DNA from: a bacterium
GTDB lineage: Bacteria; Acidobacteriota; Blastocatellia; Pyrinomonadales; Pyrinomonadaceae
Length of the DNA stretch: 27,566 nucleotides
Assembly (NCBI GenBank): GCA_029945985.1
Contig: JAQSDP010000334.1
Span: forward strand, 1-27,566
Direction of reading: 5' to 3'
Shown here: positions 1 through 9,856 of the stretch, in pieces
Numbering within the stretch: the first letter of the stretch is position 1
How the letters are laid out: each line of letters begins with the position of its first letter
Made by a program: the position numbers and the translations under genes
The notes under the pieces: generated by a model
What the model saw: the letters and a program-made list of their open reading frames with translations, nothing else
The model's database searches: none
Told to the model about the DNA's origin: nothing

Positions 1-1
1 C

Positions 2-190
2 ATCACGCTCACTGATGGTTCGGGAAAAGGCTATCGAGCCACGACGAATACTTTCGGCTATTTCCGCCTCACCGACATTCCGGCGGGAAACGTTGTGCTC
101 ACGGCGTCGGCGCGCGGTTACACTTTCGGGCCGAGATTTATCGACGCTTCGGCGGATGTAGCAGACCTTCTCATAGTCGCCAGGCGCTGA
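2..190 (+). CDS. 3' end of a secreted protein with a C-terminal carboxypeptidase-regulatory-like (CarboxypepD_reg) Ig-fold domain; partial, runs in from the left edge
   Basis: Frame 2 is open from the window start to TGA at 188-190: ITLTDGSGKGYRATTNTFGYFRLTDIPAGNVVLTASARGYTFGPRFIDASADVADLLIVARR*. The TNTFGYF..D.P.G...L....GYTF pattern is typical of this domain. Not in the ORF track because it has no start codon. Confidence 0.7.
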   Translation: MTLTDGSGKGYRATTNTFGYFRLTDIPAGNVVLTASARGYTFGPRFIDASADVADLLIVARR

Positions 191-200
191 CCTCCGGGAC

Positions 201-228
201 GAAGGCCGTCTTCTATAAGTCGGCCTTC
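201..228. repeat. Inverted repeat GAAGGCCG-N12-CGGCCTTC, possible terminator or stabilising hairpin
   Basis: Perfect 8-bp arms just after the stop of the upstream gene. It is followed by an A-run rather than a T-run, so it is not a canonical + strand intrinsic terminator. Confidence 0.4.
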
Positions 229-422
229 AAAAAACTCACCGAAAATCAGAATTACACGCGTTTCCAGTAGATAACGCAAGGTATTAGTTGTAACATAACG
301 GGTTAGACGTTTTGGCCGACGGCTGCCCGTTTCTAGACCGAATAAGTGTGCTTTTTCAGGGTTAGGATTACTGCTGTTCGACTCGATCTCTAAGTTAAAT
401 AGGGAAGAAGAACTCTTACAAA

Positions 423-1469
423 ATGGCATTTAAATCTTTGTTTAGTTTGTTTTCCAGCGATCTCGCGATCGATCTGGGCACGGCCAATACGCTCGTTTAC
501 GCTAAGGGCCGTGGAATTGTCGTCAGTGAGCCGTCCATCGTGGCGATCAATAAGGTCACGAATCAGGTAGAGGCTGTCGGCCGCGACGCGAAAGAGATGC
601 TCGGCCGCACTCCCGGAAATATCGTCGCGATCCGTCCCATGAAGGACGGGGTCATCGCGAATTTTGAAGTGACGGAGAAGATGCTTCAGCACTTCATCCG
701 CAAAGCTCACAATGGTAAGACCTGGGTCCGTCCTCGCGTTGTCATCGGCATCCCGTCCGAGATTACGCAGGTCGAGCGCAGAGCCGTCGAGGACAGTGCG
801 TATCGTGCAAAGGCTTCGGAAGTTTATCTTGTCGAGGAGGCGATGGCCGCAGCGATCGGCGCGGGCCTTCCGATCACCGAACCGCACGGTAACATGGTCG
901 TGGATATCGGCGGCGGAACGACAGACATCGCGGTTATCTCGCTGTCAGGAATTGTCTATTCGCGAGCCGTCCGCGTTGCGGGTAATGAGATGGACGAGGC
1001 GATCACGCAGTTCATCAAGCGCAAATACAACCTTCTCATCGGCGAGCGTACTGCTGAGGCGATCAAGATCGCGCTTGGAAGCGCATTTCCCCTTGACGAG
1101 CCGCTTTCGATGGAAGTTCGCGGCCGTAACCTGATCGAAGGTATTCCCAAGACGATCACGATGACCGATGAAGAGATCCGCGAAGCTCTCTCCGATTCGA
1201 TCTCGACCATAATCAACGCCGTTCGCGTCGCTCTCGAACGCACGCCCCCTGAACTTTCCGCGGACATCGTCGAACGCGGCATAGTTCTTACCGGCGGCGG
1301 AGCCCTCCTCAAGAATCTCGACAAACGTCTAACGATCGAGACCGGCCTGCCAGTCGTGATCGCAGACGATCCGCTTTCCTCAGTGGTTCTTGGTACCGGA
1401 AAGATGCTTTCCGATATCGAACTCCTCAAGCGCGTTAAGTGGGACAATTCATTGATGACCGGAGGTTAG
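423..1469 (+). CDS. mreB: Rod shape-determining protein MreB (actin-like ATPase)
   Basis: Motifs [48 protein letters not shown]; 348 aa; first gene of the mre cluster. Confidence 0.98.
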   Translation: MAFKSLFSLFSSDLAIDLGTANTLVYAKGRGIVVSEPSIVAINKVTNQVEAVGRDAKEMLGRTPGNIVAIRPMKDGVIANFEVTEKMLQHFIRKAHNGKTWVRPRVVIGIPSEITQVERRAVEDSAYRAKASEVYLVEEAMAAAIGAGLPITEPHGNMVVDIGGGTTDIAVISLSGIVYSRAVRVAGNEMDEAITQFIKRKYNLLIGERTAEAIKIALGSAFPLDEPLSMEVRGRNLIEGIPKTITMTDEEIREALSDSISTIINAVRVALERTPPELSADIVERGIVLTGGGALLKNLDKRLTIETGLPVVIADDPLSSVVLGTGKMLSDIELLKRVKWDNSLMTGG

Positions 1470-1541
1470 GAATTTGGAAGAGTAACTGTGGCTGCCCACG
1501 TTCCTTTTCCGTGCTAGACCCTCCACAATAAGCGGCAAGAC

Positions 1542-2432
1542 ATGGTTGAACGAAGTCAACAGGAAGTTTGGAGATTGACGCCGTGGCTGGCCATTATCCT
1601 GTGCGTGGCGAACTTCGTCCTGATGGCATTTGATGCGCGTGCCGATAGCGGGCAGCGTATCATCCGCGTATGGACACAAACGGCTGCCGACTTCGTCCAA
1701 TCGCCTGTAACTACCGTGACTTCCTCCGTCTCGGGTTATTTCGGCTCGATAGCAAATCTCCGCGGCGCGCAGAGCGAGAACGAAGCGCTCAAGCAGCGGG
1801 TTCAGGAACTCGAGGTCGAATTGAAAGCCAAGGAAGACCTCACCACGGAAAATCAACGGCTCAATGAGCTTCTAAATCTTCCGGAAAAGACCAAATACAA
1901 AGTACTAAACGCTCGCATCATCGGACGCGATCCTTCTGTCTGGTTCGATTCGTCGATCGTTAATCGCGGCAGCTTGGACGGTGTGAAGCTGAATATGCCT
2001 GTGGTAACCAACGGTGGTCTGCTCGGACGCGTGACCGCTGTGGGGCCGCTTACCTCCCAGGTAGACCTCGTTACGCGCGATAAATCCGGCGTCGGTGCGG
2101 TCGTCGGCGAGATCGCTGGATCCAACGCCCTCGGCGTAGTGATGGGTTCAAGCAAACGCGAACTCATCGAGATGCGCTACGTTCCGGGAACTGCAGACGT
2201 CCAGGTTGGACAGATCGTCTATACGACCGGGCAGGACGGTATCTACCCGGCGGGCTTGAAGGTGGGAGAGATCGTCGAGGTTGAGTTGGGCTCGGCAACG
2301 ACTCCCCACCGGATCATGATCCGGCCGAGCGCCGGCCTCGGATCAATGCAGGAGGTCGGAATTCTGCTTTATGAGCCGCCGGTGAAGGAAGAATTCGAGA
2401 AACAGATCGCAAAGCCCGCTAAGGCCAAGTAA
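1542..2432 (+). CDS. mreC: Rod shape-determining protein MreC
   Basis: N-terminal TM helix, coiled coil (ENEALKQRVQELE...ENQRLNELL), then INRGS-like NRGSLDGVKLNMPVV, GLLGRV, TTGQDGIYPAGLKVG; lies between mreB and mreD. Confidence 0.95.
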   Translation: MVERSQQEVWRLTPWLAIILCVANFVLMAFDARADSGQRIIRVWTQTAADFVQSPVTTVTSSVSGYFGSIANLRGAQSENEALKQRVQELEVELKAKEDLTTENQRLNELLNLPEKTKYKVLNARIIGRDPSVWFDSSIVNRGSLDGVKLNMPVVTNGGLLGRVTAVGPLTSQVDLVTRDKSGVGAVVGEIAGSNALGVVMGSSKRELIEMRYVPGTADVQVGQIVYTTGQDGIYPAGLKVGEIVEVELGSATTPHRIMIRPSAGLGSMQEVGILLYEPPVKEEFEKQIAKPAKAK

Positions 2433-2435
2433 CGA

Positions 2436-2987
2436 ATGGATCAACTGAAAGTCACCATAGCACTTATTCTCGCCGTTTTGCTGCAGTGGACGCTGCGGAA
2501 CGTCGCGGAGCCGTTTGCGTATATCGACTTTCCGCTCATAATCGTCGTTTACGCCGCACTGCAGCGGGATGCAGTTAAGGCGATCCTGTTCGGTGCGTTC
2601 TCAGGCCTCGCGATCGACGCCCTAAGCGGCGGCCTGTTGGGTGCCAACGGTTTCTCAAAAACGCTGATCGCGTATGTAGTCTCCGAGCTTGCGCGGCGTG
2701 TCTATTTAGACAACCTTCTGCTTCGGATTCCCGTCATAGCGGGGGCTTGCCTGCTGGACGACCTTCTGTATTTTGGTTTGCATCGATTGCTTGGTCAGGA
2801 GCCTTCCGGCGAGTTGGTCTTGACGGTCTCATATTCGCTGATCGGGACGACCGTTGTCGGAACTCTGGTCTATCTGATCCTCGATTACTTTTTGACCGAG
2901 CGCACAAGCGGCGGCAGCCGAGGGCGCGAAACGCTCTCAGCACGCCGCCAATCGCGTAGACGAAACCCGATCCGATTAGGAAAGTAG
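2436..2987 (+). CDS. mreD: Rod shape-determining protein MreD
   Basis: Multi-TM hydrophobic protein (IDFPLIIVVY, GLAIDALSGGLLGANGFSKTL), 3 bp after mreC; basic C-terminal tail. Confidence 0.9.
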   Translation: MDQLKVTIALILAVLLQWTLRNVAEPFAYIDFPLIIVVYAALQRDAVKAILFGAFSGLAIDALSGGLLGANGFSKTLIAYVVSELARRVYLDNLLLRIPVIAGACLLDDLLYFGLHRLLGQEPSGELVLTVSYSLIGTTVVGTLVYLILDYFLTERTSGGSRGRETLSARRQSRRRNPIRLGK

Positions 2988-2989
2988 CG

Positions 2990-4900
2990 ATGAAGTTGAA
3001 CAACTACACTCAGAATGTTGGGATGCGGATGATCGTGATCCAGATCGTTGCGTTCATCTTGCTTAGTCTGCTTGGAGTTCGGCTTTATTTCCTTCAGATA
3101 GTCCAAGGTGACTACTGGTCGGGGAGGGCCGAAAACCAACGCGTCCGCCTGATCCCGATACCCGCTCCTCGAGGCGCCATTCTCGATCGCAACGGCAAGA
3201 TCCTTGTCGATTCGAGGCCGACCTATAACGTCGTTCTGTCGAACGAACCGCTCAAGACCATCGATGTTTCCGAGCGTGTGCCTGAGTATGCACGAGGGCT
3301 GAACCTCGAGCCGGATTTTGTCGCCGAACGATTGAGCTTGATCAAGAAGCAGAATGATTTCGAAACGATGGTGCTCAAGGAAAGCGCCACGATGCAGGAC
3401 ATTGCATGGGTCGAATCTCATAACCTCGAGTTTCCGGAGCTCCGCATCGAGCTTCAGCCGCAGAGGACTTACCCGCATGGGAAAATGCTTGCGCATGTGG
3501 TCGGATATGTCGGCGAGATCAGTCCCAAGCAGCTTGAATCAGACACATATAAAGCTAAGGGACTGCGACCTGGGGACATTATTGGCAAGAACGGCCTTGA
3601 GCAGTCTTATGACGAGTTCCTTCGCGGCCGTCCAGGCTATCGTAAGGTTCTCGTAGACAGCCGAGGTCGCGTGCAAAGCGAGATCGAAGTTGTTCAGCCT
3701 CAGGCCGGTCAAGACCTGATCTCGACGATAGACCTGGATCTTCAGATCTCGGCGGAACAGCAGTTGGAGGCCTCAGCAACCAAGCGCGGTGCTCTTGTTG
3801 CCTTGGATCCGAATAACGGAGAGATCTTGGCGCTCGCGTCGGCTCCGTCCTATGATCCGAATGTCTTTACACAGGGCAGCAAGACGCCCGAAGGAAGACG
3901 ACAGATCGCCGCATATTGGCAGGACGAAAAGAGGCCGCTGTATAATCGCGCGATCCAAGGGCAGTACCCGCCCGGATCCACATGGAAGATTCCCGAGTCC
4001 TTGGGAGCTCTTCAGCAGGGAGTGATCACGGTTAAGAATTCGAACTTGGCTTGCGGCGGCGGCATCACCATTGGCAACAAATTCACGCGCTGCATGGGCA
4101 GTCACGGTTCGCCACCTCTTTCTTACGCGATCACGAAATCTTGTGATGGATACTACTATCGGCTCGCACTGAAGATGAAGATCGAGGGGCTGATAGAAAT
4201 GATCGAAACCTTCGATTTTGACAAGCGGACCGGCATCGACATTCCTAATGAAAAGGTTAGCCAGACCCCAAAAAGCTGGAAGCCGATCGTCGAAAAACGA
4301 GAGGGGCGATGGAGTGACATTCGCACCGTGTATGCCTCGATCGGACAGGATACGGTAGTAGTCACGCCGATTTCGCTGCTACGGGCCGTCGCGAGCATCG
4401 GCGTAAAAGGAAAAATGTACGTCCCGCACCTGATGAAGGAATTCAAACCGATCGGCGCGATGGGCGAGGAAGGCTCGCAGAGCTATTTCGCTGGGCGGCC
4501 GGGGTTTGGATTTGATCGGCCCGAACCAAAGTTGATCCCGATGACGCCCGAACAAGAAGAAGTGATGGTCAAGGGAATGTGGGGCGTCGTTCAGCCGGGC
4601 GGCACTGCGGGTGCAAGCGCTATTGCGGGGTTTGATATTGCCGGAAAGACCGGCACGGCTCAAGTGGCGGCTCTTGGCAAAGACGTCGGTGCAAAAAAGG
4701 ATCACGCGTGGTTCGTATCCTTCGCCCCCGCGTTCAAGCCCGAGATCGCGATCATCGCTTTGATCGAGAACGTAGGCTTCGGTGGGAGCCATGCGGCACC
4801 TGCGGCTAAGGGAGTCTACGAGACTTACATCGCGACCCGCTATGGCGGCGTTCCACCGGCCGGGGCTTCGATCGAGCCGAAGCTGATCGCAAAGAGATAA
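2990..4900 (+). CDS. mrdA: Penicillin-binding protein 2 (class B, elongation transpeptidase)
   Basis: IPAPRGAILDRNG, YPPGSTWK (SxxK), SCDGYYY, GKTGTAQ, DHAWFV; between mreD and rodA. Confidence 0.96.
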   Translation: MKLNNYTQNVGMRMIVIQIVAFILLSLLGVRLYFLQIVQGDYWSGRAENQRVRLIPIPAPRGAILDRNGKILVDSRPTYNVVLSNEPLKTIDVSERVPEYARGLNLEPDFVAERLSLIKKQNDFETMVLKESATMQDIAWVESHNLEFPELRIELQPQRTYPHGKMLAHVVGYVGEISPKQLESDTYKAKGLRPGDIIGKNGLEQSYDEFLRGRPGYRKVLVDSRGRVQSEIEVVQPQAGQDLISTIDLDLQISAEQQLEASATKRGALVALDPNNGEILALASAPSYDPNVFTQGSKTPEGRRQIAAYWQDEKRPLYNRAIQGQYPPGSTWKIPESLGALQQGVITVKNSNLACGGGITIGNKFTRCMGSHGSPPLSYAITKSCDGYYYRLALKMKIEGLIEMIETFDFDKRTGIDIPNEKVSQTPKSWKPIVEKREGRWSDIRTVYASIGQDTVVVTPISLLRAVASIGVKGKMYVPHLMKEFKPIGAMGEEGSQSYFAGRPGFGFDRPEPKLIPMTPEQEEVMVKGMWGVVQPGGTAGASAIAGFDIAGKTGTAQVAALGKDVGAKKDHAWFVSFAPAFKPEIAIIALIENVGFGGSHAAPAAKGVYETYIATRYGGVPPAGASIEPKLIAKR

Positions 4901-6018
4901 TGGTAGCGATAATCGAAAAACGCGATCTCCGCGACTTTGATTGGCTGACGACGATCCTTGCGATCTCGATCGCCGGCTTTGGAGTTTGGCAGATCCACAA
5001 TGCCTTGCCGCACGAGAGTATCTGGACGAAACAGATCGTGGGTATTGGCATCGCGCTCTTCGCCTTTGTCCTGATCGTTTTCAGCGATTATCGCCGCATT
5101 ATTGATATCGCGCCGTTCTTCTATGGGTTTGGACTGCTCCTTCTCGCACTTGTTCTCACGCCGCTTGGCGTCGAGGTCAATGGACAACAGGCCTGGCTGA
5201 AGCTCCCCGTGATCGGGCAGTTCCAGCCTTCCGAGTTCGCGAAGATCCCCACGGTGCTAATGCTCGCTCGTTACTTCGGTCAGAAGAAAGGCGGTGCACT
5301 CACCATTCGCGAAACACTTATCGGAGCGGCGATACTCGCCGGCCCGGTTGGCCTCATCATGCTCGAACCGGACGCCGGACAGGCGATCACTTATTTCCCG
5401 ATGCTTGCGGCCGCACTCTTCCTTTCGGGAATCAAGATCCGTTACGTTATCCTTGCGACCGTGACCGCGGCGCTGCTTATCCCGGCCGCATGGATCGTCG
5501 GGGTTAAGACGGGCAAGATCAAGACCTATCAACAGGAACGCATAAACGCGATCATCGACCCGGAAAGCGTCGATCCTCGCGGGTATGGATACCACACAGT
5601 TCAATCTGTGATCACGGTCGGAAAGGGGGGTCTCTCCGGAATTCAAGGTGATTCGCAAACATCTCAGAGCGTCTTAAAATTCTTACCCGAGCCGCAGACC
5701 GATTTTATTTTCGCCGTCACTGCGGAAAACACGGGATTTATAGGCTGCATCTCGCTGCTTTTGGCCTACGCTCTGTTACTTTCGAGGATGATCGCGGGTG
5801 CCAGAGAAGCTAACGAAAGGCCCGCAACGCTGGCGATCATGTGTTTTGCAACTGCGATGGTATTTCAGATATTTATGAACGTCGGGATGGCTCTTGGCGT
5901 ACTCCCGGTGATCGGAGTGCCGTTGCCGTTGATGAGCGCGGGATTGTCCGCTTTGCTCACGACCTTCTGCGCCATCGGTTTCGTAGTCAGCATTCGGATG
6001 CGAAGATTTGTGAATTAG
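4900..6018 (+). CDS. rodA: SEDS peptidoglycan glycosyltransferase RodA
   Basis: FQPSEFAKI, GYGYHTVQSVITVGKGG, LPEPQTDFIF, GVLPVIGVPLPLMSAG; start overlaps the mrdA stop (TAATG). Confidence 0.95.
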   Translation: MVAIIEKRDLRDFDWLTTILAISIAGFGVWQIHNALPHESIWTKQIVGIGIALFAFVLIVFSDYRRIIDIAPFFYGFGLLLLALVLTPLGVEVNGQQAWLKLPVIGQFQPSEFAKIPTVLMLARYFGQKKGGALTIRETLIGAAILAGPVGLIMLEPDAGQAITYFPMLAAALFLSGIKIRYVILATVTAALLIPAAWIVGVKTGKIKTYQQERINAIIDPESVDPRGYGYHTVQSVITVGKGGLSGIQGDSQTSQSVLKFLPEPQTDFIFAVTAENTGFIGCISLLLAYALLLSRMIAGAREANERPATLAIMCFATAMVFQIFMNVGMALGVLPVIGVPLPLMSAGLSALLTTFCAIGFVVSIRMRRFVN

Positions 6019-6020
6019 TT

Positions 6021-6091
6021 CAGAGGCCCGCGGGATTAGCAAGGGCGAACTGACAGGTTGGATGTATCGCCCTTGCTTACGCGTGGGCTAA
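6021..6091. repeat. Inverted pair of REP-like palindromic elements (6021-6048 on +, 6067-6091 on -)
   Basis: CAGAGGCCCGCGGGATTAGCAAGGGCGA ... TCGCCCTTGCTTACGCGTGGGCTAA, with an 11-bp perfect inverted core AGCAAGGGCGA/TCGCCCTTGCT. The right arm nearly matches 13112-13133 in reverse complement. Confidence 0.8.
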
Positions 6092-6109
6092 CGCAATAGG
6101 TAGGGATTT

Positions 6110-8659
6110 ATGGCTAGGGAAAGAAGGATAGTCGAGAAGGAAGTTAGATCGGTCGGCGGGAAGCGCAGCCTGGGCTCAAGCTTGGTATGGATAATGACCG
6201 CGTTGCTACTTTCGGTCGCCGCCGGTGCATTGACGGGCGTGCTCGCTTCTTACTACCTTAACAACTCCCGATATTCAGTTGAGGTCTCGGCTCTTGCCAC
6301 CTATCGTCCGCCTCAGGTTACGACGATCTATGCCGATGACGGCGAGACCGTTCTTGCTGAGTTCGCCATCGAGAAACGCATCCCGATCAAAGAGCAAGAT
6401 ATCCCGAAGAATGTCGAAAACGCGCTGCTGGCGGTCGAGGACTATCGTTATTACAGCCATCCTGGTATCGATCCGTACCGCATCGCCGGGGCAGTTTTCA
6501 AGAACATCACGACCGGCACTTCCGAAGGCGCTTCGACGATCACGCAGCAGCTTGCGAAGAATTTATTCCTTTATAAGGATCAGACCTATTCCCGCAAAGT
6601 AAATGAGTGGATGGTCGCCCTCCAGATCGAACGGTTCTACACCAAGCGGCAGATCCTGGAGATGTATATGAATTACGTCTTCCTGGGCGCCGGCGCATAC
6701 GGGTTTGAAGCGGGCGCACGAACGTACTTCGGAAAATCTCTGAAAGATCTGAATCTGGAAGAAGCTGCTCTGCTCGCAGCGATCCCGAAATCGCCCGAGT
6801 ATTCCCCGACCCGAAATCTCCAGAAGGCCGAGGCACGACGAAACATCGTGCTCGACCAGATGGCAAAGTACGGCTACATCTCAACAGCGGAAGCCTCCGC
6901 GGCAAAAGCCAAGCCGGTCAAGCTTGCCGACACGGCGTACTATCAGTCTTTGCCCAAGTCGACAGCGTGGGATTACCCGGTAGAGGAGATCCGTAAGTAT
7001 CTCGAAGAAAAATATACGACCCGCGTTGCGCAGGGCGGCCTCAAGGTGTATTCGACGATCAATGTCGAAGGACAGAAACTTGCGACAAAGGCGATCCGTG
7101 AACGGCTTCGTGTGTATGACCGCGGCCGTAAATGGCGATCGGATTACCAGAACATTCTCGTAGATAACGAAGGCCAGCCACTGACCGAAGAGAAGGACAT
7201 CATCAAGGCGCTGAATGCTTTCAAACACGCCGATTGGTACGGTGATGAGTATGATGAGGGCGAGTACATAAAGGGCCTGGTCGTGACGCAAAATGCGGCG
7301 GCGGACGAAGTCGGTGTGCGATTCGGGCGCTACAAGGCTGTGGTAGGTGCGGCAAACATGGGTCGCCGCGGGAAACGTCCGAAAGAGGAGCTTAAACCGG
7401 GATTCCTCGCAGAGTTCGTGGTCAAGAAGGTCGATAACGACAAGCAAGTTCTCGAAGTTGAACTCTCACAAGTGCCTGAGGTCCAGGCGTCGATCGTCTG
7501 CATCAATTCCAAGAACGGCGAGGTCGTCACCATGGTCGGCGGATACGACTTCCAAACGAGCAAGTTCAATAATGCGACGCAAGGTTTGCGTCAGACGGGT
7601 TCGGCCTACAAACCTTTTATCTATACTGCGGCGGTCGAGGATGGAATGACGCCCGATATGCTAGTTAGCGGAGCGCCGATCAAACGTGGTGGCTGGCAGC
7701 CAACTAACTACGGCGGAGCGACAAGCCATCCTAACGTCCCGATGAAGGAAGCACTGGCAAGGTCTTACAATCTCGCGGCCGTGCACCTACTTGAGCAGGT
7801 CGGGATCCAGGCTGGAGCCCAGATGGTCCGCCGCTTCGGGATCTCGAATCCGATGGCTCCAAGTCTCCCGTCCGCTCTCGGGGCCAGCGAGGCGTCATTG
7901 CTGGAAATGGTGGCAGCATACAGTGCGTTCCCAAACAAGGGCGTTCGCGTCCAGCCGCATCTGATACGCGAAGTTTACAGCCGCGACGGCACTTTGCTGG
8001 AGAAGTTTGAGGGGACGAGTTCCCGCGTCACCAGCGAATATGTGGCACTAACGATGGTAGACATGATGCGAGGTGTCGTCGCGGGAGGAGGCACGGCTCC
8101 GGGCGCTAGCGCAGCAGGACATCCTCTCGCCGGCAAAACCGGAACCGTGAACAACGAAACCGACGTCTGGTTCATCGGCTACACCCCGTCGTTCGTCACG
8201 GGGGTGTGGATGGGGAACCCGCTGCGTAAAGAATCGCTGGGAACCGGAATGACCGGCGGCGGGGCGGCTCTGCCATACTTCAACGCCTTCATGAACGGGT
8301 TTATGAAGGGCAAACCGCGTGAATCATTCCCATCAGTTCCGCCGATCCCATCGGAGATCCGGACTCTGATGGAGCGCAATAAGCGTGAGGAGCTCGAAAA
8401 ACTCGAGAAAGCCGCGCAGGCTGCGGTTCGGTCGGGAGCCTCAACTACTCCGGTCACTACGGATACGACCGTCGCGACACCGGCCGGAACTGATAACGGC
8501 TCAAATCCGGCCGTAAATGACGCCAGGCCGACGACCGGTACCGAAATCGCTCCGCCGCCGGCATCCCGGCCAGCGGCGAAACCTCCAGTAAAAGAACCCG
8601 ATCTGCCTAAGTCAGAGCCGGAAGGTTCGCGTCGAAAAGGAAAAAAAGGCGATAACTAA
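6110..8659 (+). CDS. mrcA: Class A bifunctional penicillin-binding protein (PBP1A type)
   Basis: Transglycosylase motifs EDYRYYSHPGID and GASTITQQLAKN; transpeptidase motifs RQTGSAYKPF (SxxK), SYN, GKTGT; internal OB-like insertion; Pro/Thr-rich C-terminal tail. Confidence 0.9.
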   Translation: MARERRIVEKEVRSVGGKRSLGSSLVWIMTALLLSVAAGALTGVLASYYLNNSRYSVEVSALATYRPPQVTTIYADDGETVLAEFAIEKRIPIKEQDIPKNVENALLAVEDYRYYSHPGIDPYRIAGAVFKNITTGTSEGASTITQQLAKNLFLYKDQTYSRKVNEWMVALQIERFYTKRQILEMYMNYVFLGAGAYGFEAGARTYFGKSLKDLNLEEAALLAAIPKSPEYSPTRNLQKAEARRNIVLDQMAKYGYISTAEASAAKAKPVKLADTAYYQSLPKSTAWDYPVEEIRKYLEEKYTTRVAQGGLKVYSTINVEGQKLATKAIRERLRVYDRGRKWRSDYQNILVDNEGQPLTEEKDIIKALNAFKHADWYGDEYDEGEYIKGLVVTQNAAADEVGVRFGRYKAVVGAANMGRRGKRPKEELKPGFLAEFVVKKVDNDKQVLEVELSQVPEVQASIVCINSKNGEVVTMVGGYDFQTSKFNNATQGLRQTGSAYKPFIYTAAVEDGMTPDMLVSGAPIKRGGWQPTNYGGATSHPNVPMKEALARSYNLAAVHLLEQVGIQAGAQMVRRFGISNPMAPSLPSALGASEASLLEMVAAYSAFPNKGVRVQPHLIREVYSRDGTLLEKFEGTSSRVTSEYVALTMVDMMRGVVAGGGTAPGASAAGHPLAGKTGTVNNETDVWFIGYTPSFVTGVWMGNPLRKESLGTGMTGGGAALPYFNAFMNGFMKGKPRESFPSVPPIPSEIRTLMERNKREELEKLEKAAQAAVRSGASTTPVTTDTTVATPAGTDNGSNPAVNDARPTTGTEIAPPPASRPAAKPPVKEPDLPKSEPEGSRRKGKKGDN

Positions 8660-8696
8660 TGAAAAGGACAGGCGATTCGCCTGTCTTTTTCATTAG
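8656..8696. terminator. Bidirectional intrinsic terminator overlapping both convergent stop codons
   Basis: CTAATGAAAAGGACAGGCG-ATT-CGCCTGTCTTTTTCATTAG, a ~19-bp stem with one G:T; A-run on the left and T-run on the right. Confidence 0.9.
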
Positions 8697-9430
8697 GAAG
8701 TAAATCTTCCCAAATAGTGCGGGAGCATCTTTCTCCACCAAGGCCAATCGTGGGCCACATCATGTCCCCAGAGTTCGAGTAGGTGCGGGATTCCTTTTGA
8801 GTGAAGGATGTTAGAAAGGTCGCGGCTGCGGTCGGGGGCTTCGTAGTTGCCCTGCCCGGACACGATCACGATCGAATCCGCTTGCCGTAGGCGAGTCAGG
8901 TGATGGTCGTCGTTGAGCTCGCGAAGATACATATTTGGGTTATTAAAGTAGACATTGTCGTCGTAGAAACCCTTGTCGAGATAGTTGTAAATATCGTAGC
9001 TGCCGCTCATCGCGATGGTGCCACGGAAGTTGTCGGAGTGCTTAAAGTATGTATTCGCTGCAAGGAATGCACCTAAGCTTGCTCCCGTCGTCAGCGGCTT
9101 CGCATCTTCCCCGCACTCACTGCGGATCAGCGGAAGCACTTCCTGCATAATGTAACTGTCGTAGCGCGACAACATCTCGACCTTCCAACCCGGATGCGAT
9201 TCGCGGTTGAGCAGACTGTACTTGTTCACCGAGTTGATCGAATACGCCCTGATCAATCCGTTATCTAGGTAGTGCTTGATCGAATCGATCAACTGAAATC
9301 GCTCGTACTCCAAATAATCGGCGGCAGCCGTCGGGAACATTAGCAGCGGATATCCGGCATGGCCATATGCCACCAACGGCATTTCCATGTTGAGGTTAGA
9401 GCTGTACCAGGAAGTTATGTCACGTCTCAT
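8693..9430 (-). CDS. Putative esterase, alpha/beta hydrolase fold
   Basis: Nucleophile elbow TGASLGA and C-terminal GHDVAHDWPWW. Likely start is MRRDITSWYS at 9430; the ORF-track extension to 9499 runs through a repeat element. Confidence 0.85.
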   Translation of the reverse strand: MRRDITSWYSSNLNMEMPLVAYGHAGYPLLMFPTAAADYLEYERFQLIDSIKHYLDNGLIRAYSINSVNKYSLLNRESHPGWKVEMLSRYDSYIMQEVLPLIRSECGEDAKPLTTGASLGAFLAANTYFKHSDNFRGTIAMSGSYDIYNYLDKGFYDDNVYFNNPNMYLRELNDDHHLTRLRQADSIVIVSGQGNYEAPDRSRDLSNILHSKGIPHLLELWGHDVAHDWPWWRKMLPHYLGRFTS

Positions 9431-9437
9431 AAAAGCG

Positions 9438-9462
9438 GCAGTAGTCCTCACGTAAGTGGGAC
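9438..9462 (+). repeat. REP-like element with GTAG leader
   Basis: GCAGTAGTCCTCACGTAAGTGGGAC: hairpin GTCC(T)CAC-GTAA-GTGGGAC; shares the CAGTAG leader and ACGTAAG core with the 15025-15055 copy. Confidence 0.6.
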
Positions 9463-9483
9463 AAAAAGTGAAATTCGCGAATT

Positions 9484-9819
9484 CTAAAGCGTAATGCACA
9501 AGCCCGCCGAAGTGATCTTCAGCCCAGCGATGCCCGCGATGATCAGAAAAATGCAGAGAACGCGTAGGATATCTCGGGGCTCATCGAAGAGAAACATTCC
9601 AAGAATCGCAGCTCCCACCGTACCAATGCCAGTCCATACCGCGTACGCCGTTCCGATCGGCAACGTCTTTACCGCCAGGGATAAGAAGTAAAAGCTCGCG
9701 ATCATCAACAAGCCCGTGATCAAACTGGGAACAAGTTTCGTCCATCCTTCCGTATACTTCAGCCCGATCGCCCACGCGATCTCAAGCAGTCCTGCAATTC
9801 CAAGATATACCCAATTCAT
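9484..9819 (-). CDS. sugE: Small multidrug resistance (SMR) transporter, guanidinium exporter Gdx/SugE subtype
   Basis: MNWVYLGIAGLLEIAWAIGLKY...LPIGTAYAVWTGIG...GLK with G10, E13, W16, S42, F43, Y59, W62 as in Gdx-type SMRs. Start refined to ATG at 9819. Confidence 0.9.
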   Translation of the reverse strand: MNWVYLGIAGLLEIAWAIGLKYTEGWTKLVPSLITGLLMIASFYFLSLAVKTLPIGTAYAVWTGIGTVGAAILGMFLFDEPRDILRVLCIFLIIAGIAGLKITSAGLCITL

Positions 9820-9826
9820 ACGAGGT

Positions 9827-9856
9827 TCAGAGTTCAAACGTTAGCTTGAACTCTGA
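9827..9856. promoter_or_regulatory. Strong hairpin directly upstream of the sugE/gdx start codon
   Basis: TCAGAGTTCAA-ACGTTAGC-TTGAACTCTGA, an 11-bp perfect stem (13 bp in the minus-strand RNA with G:U) ending 7 nt before the ATG. Confidence 0.55.

Noticed and set aside
415-422. CTTACAAA immediately before the mreB ATG, same as the 21719-21767 repeat
   Set aside because: Single 8-mer at the translation start with no phased partner; consistent with chance.
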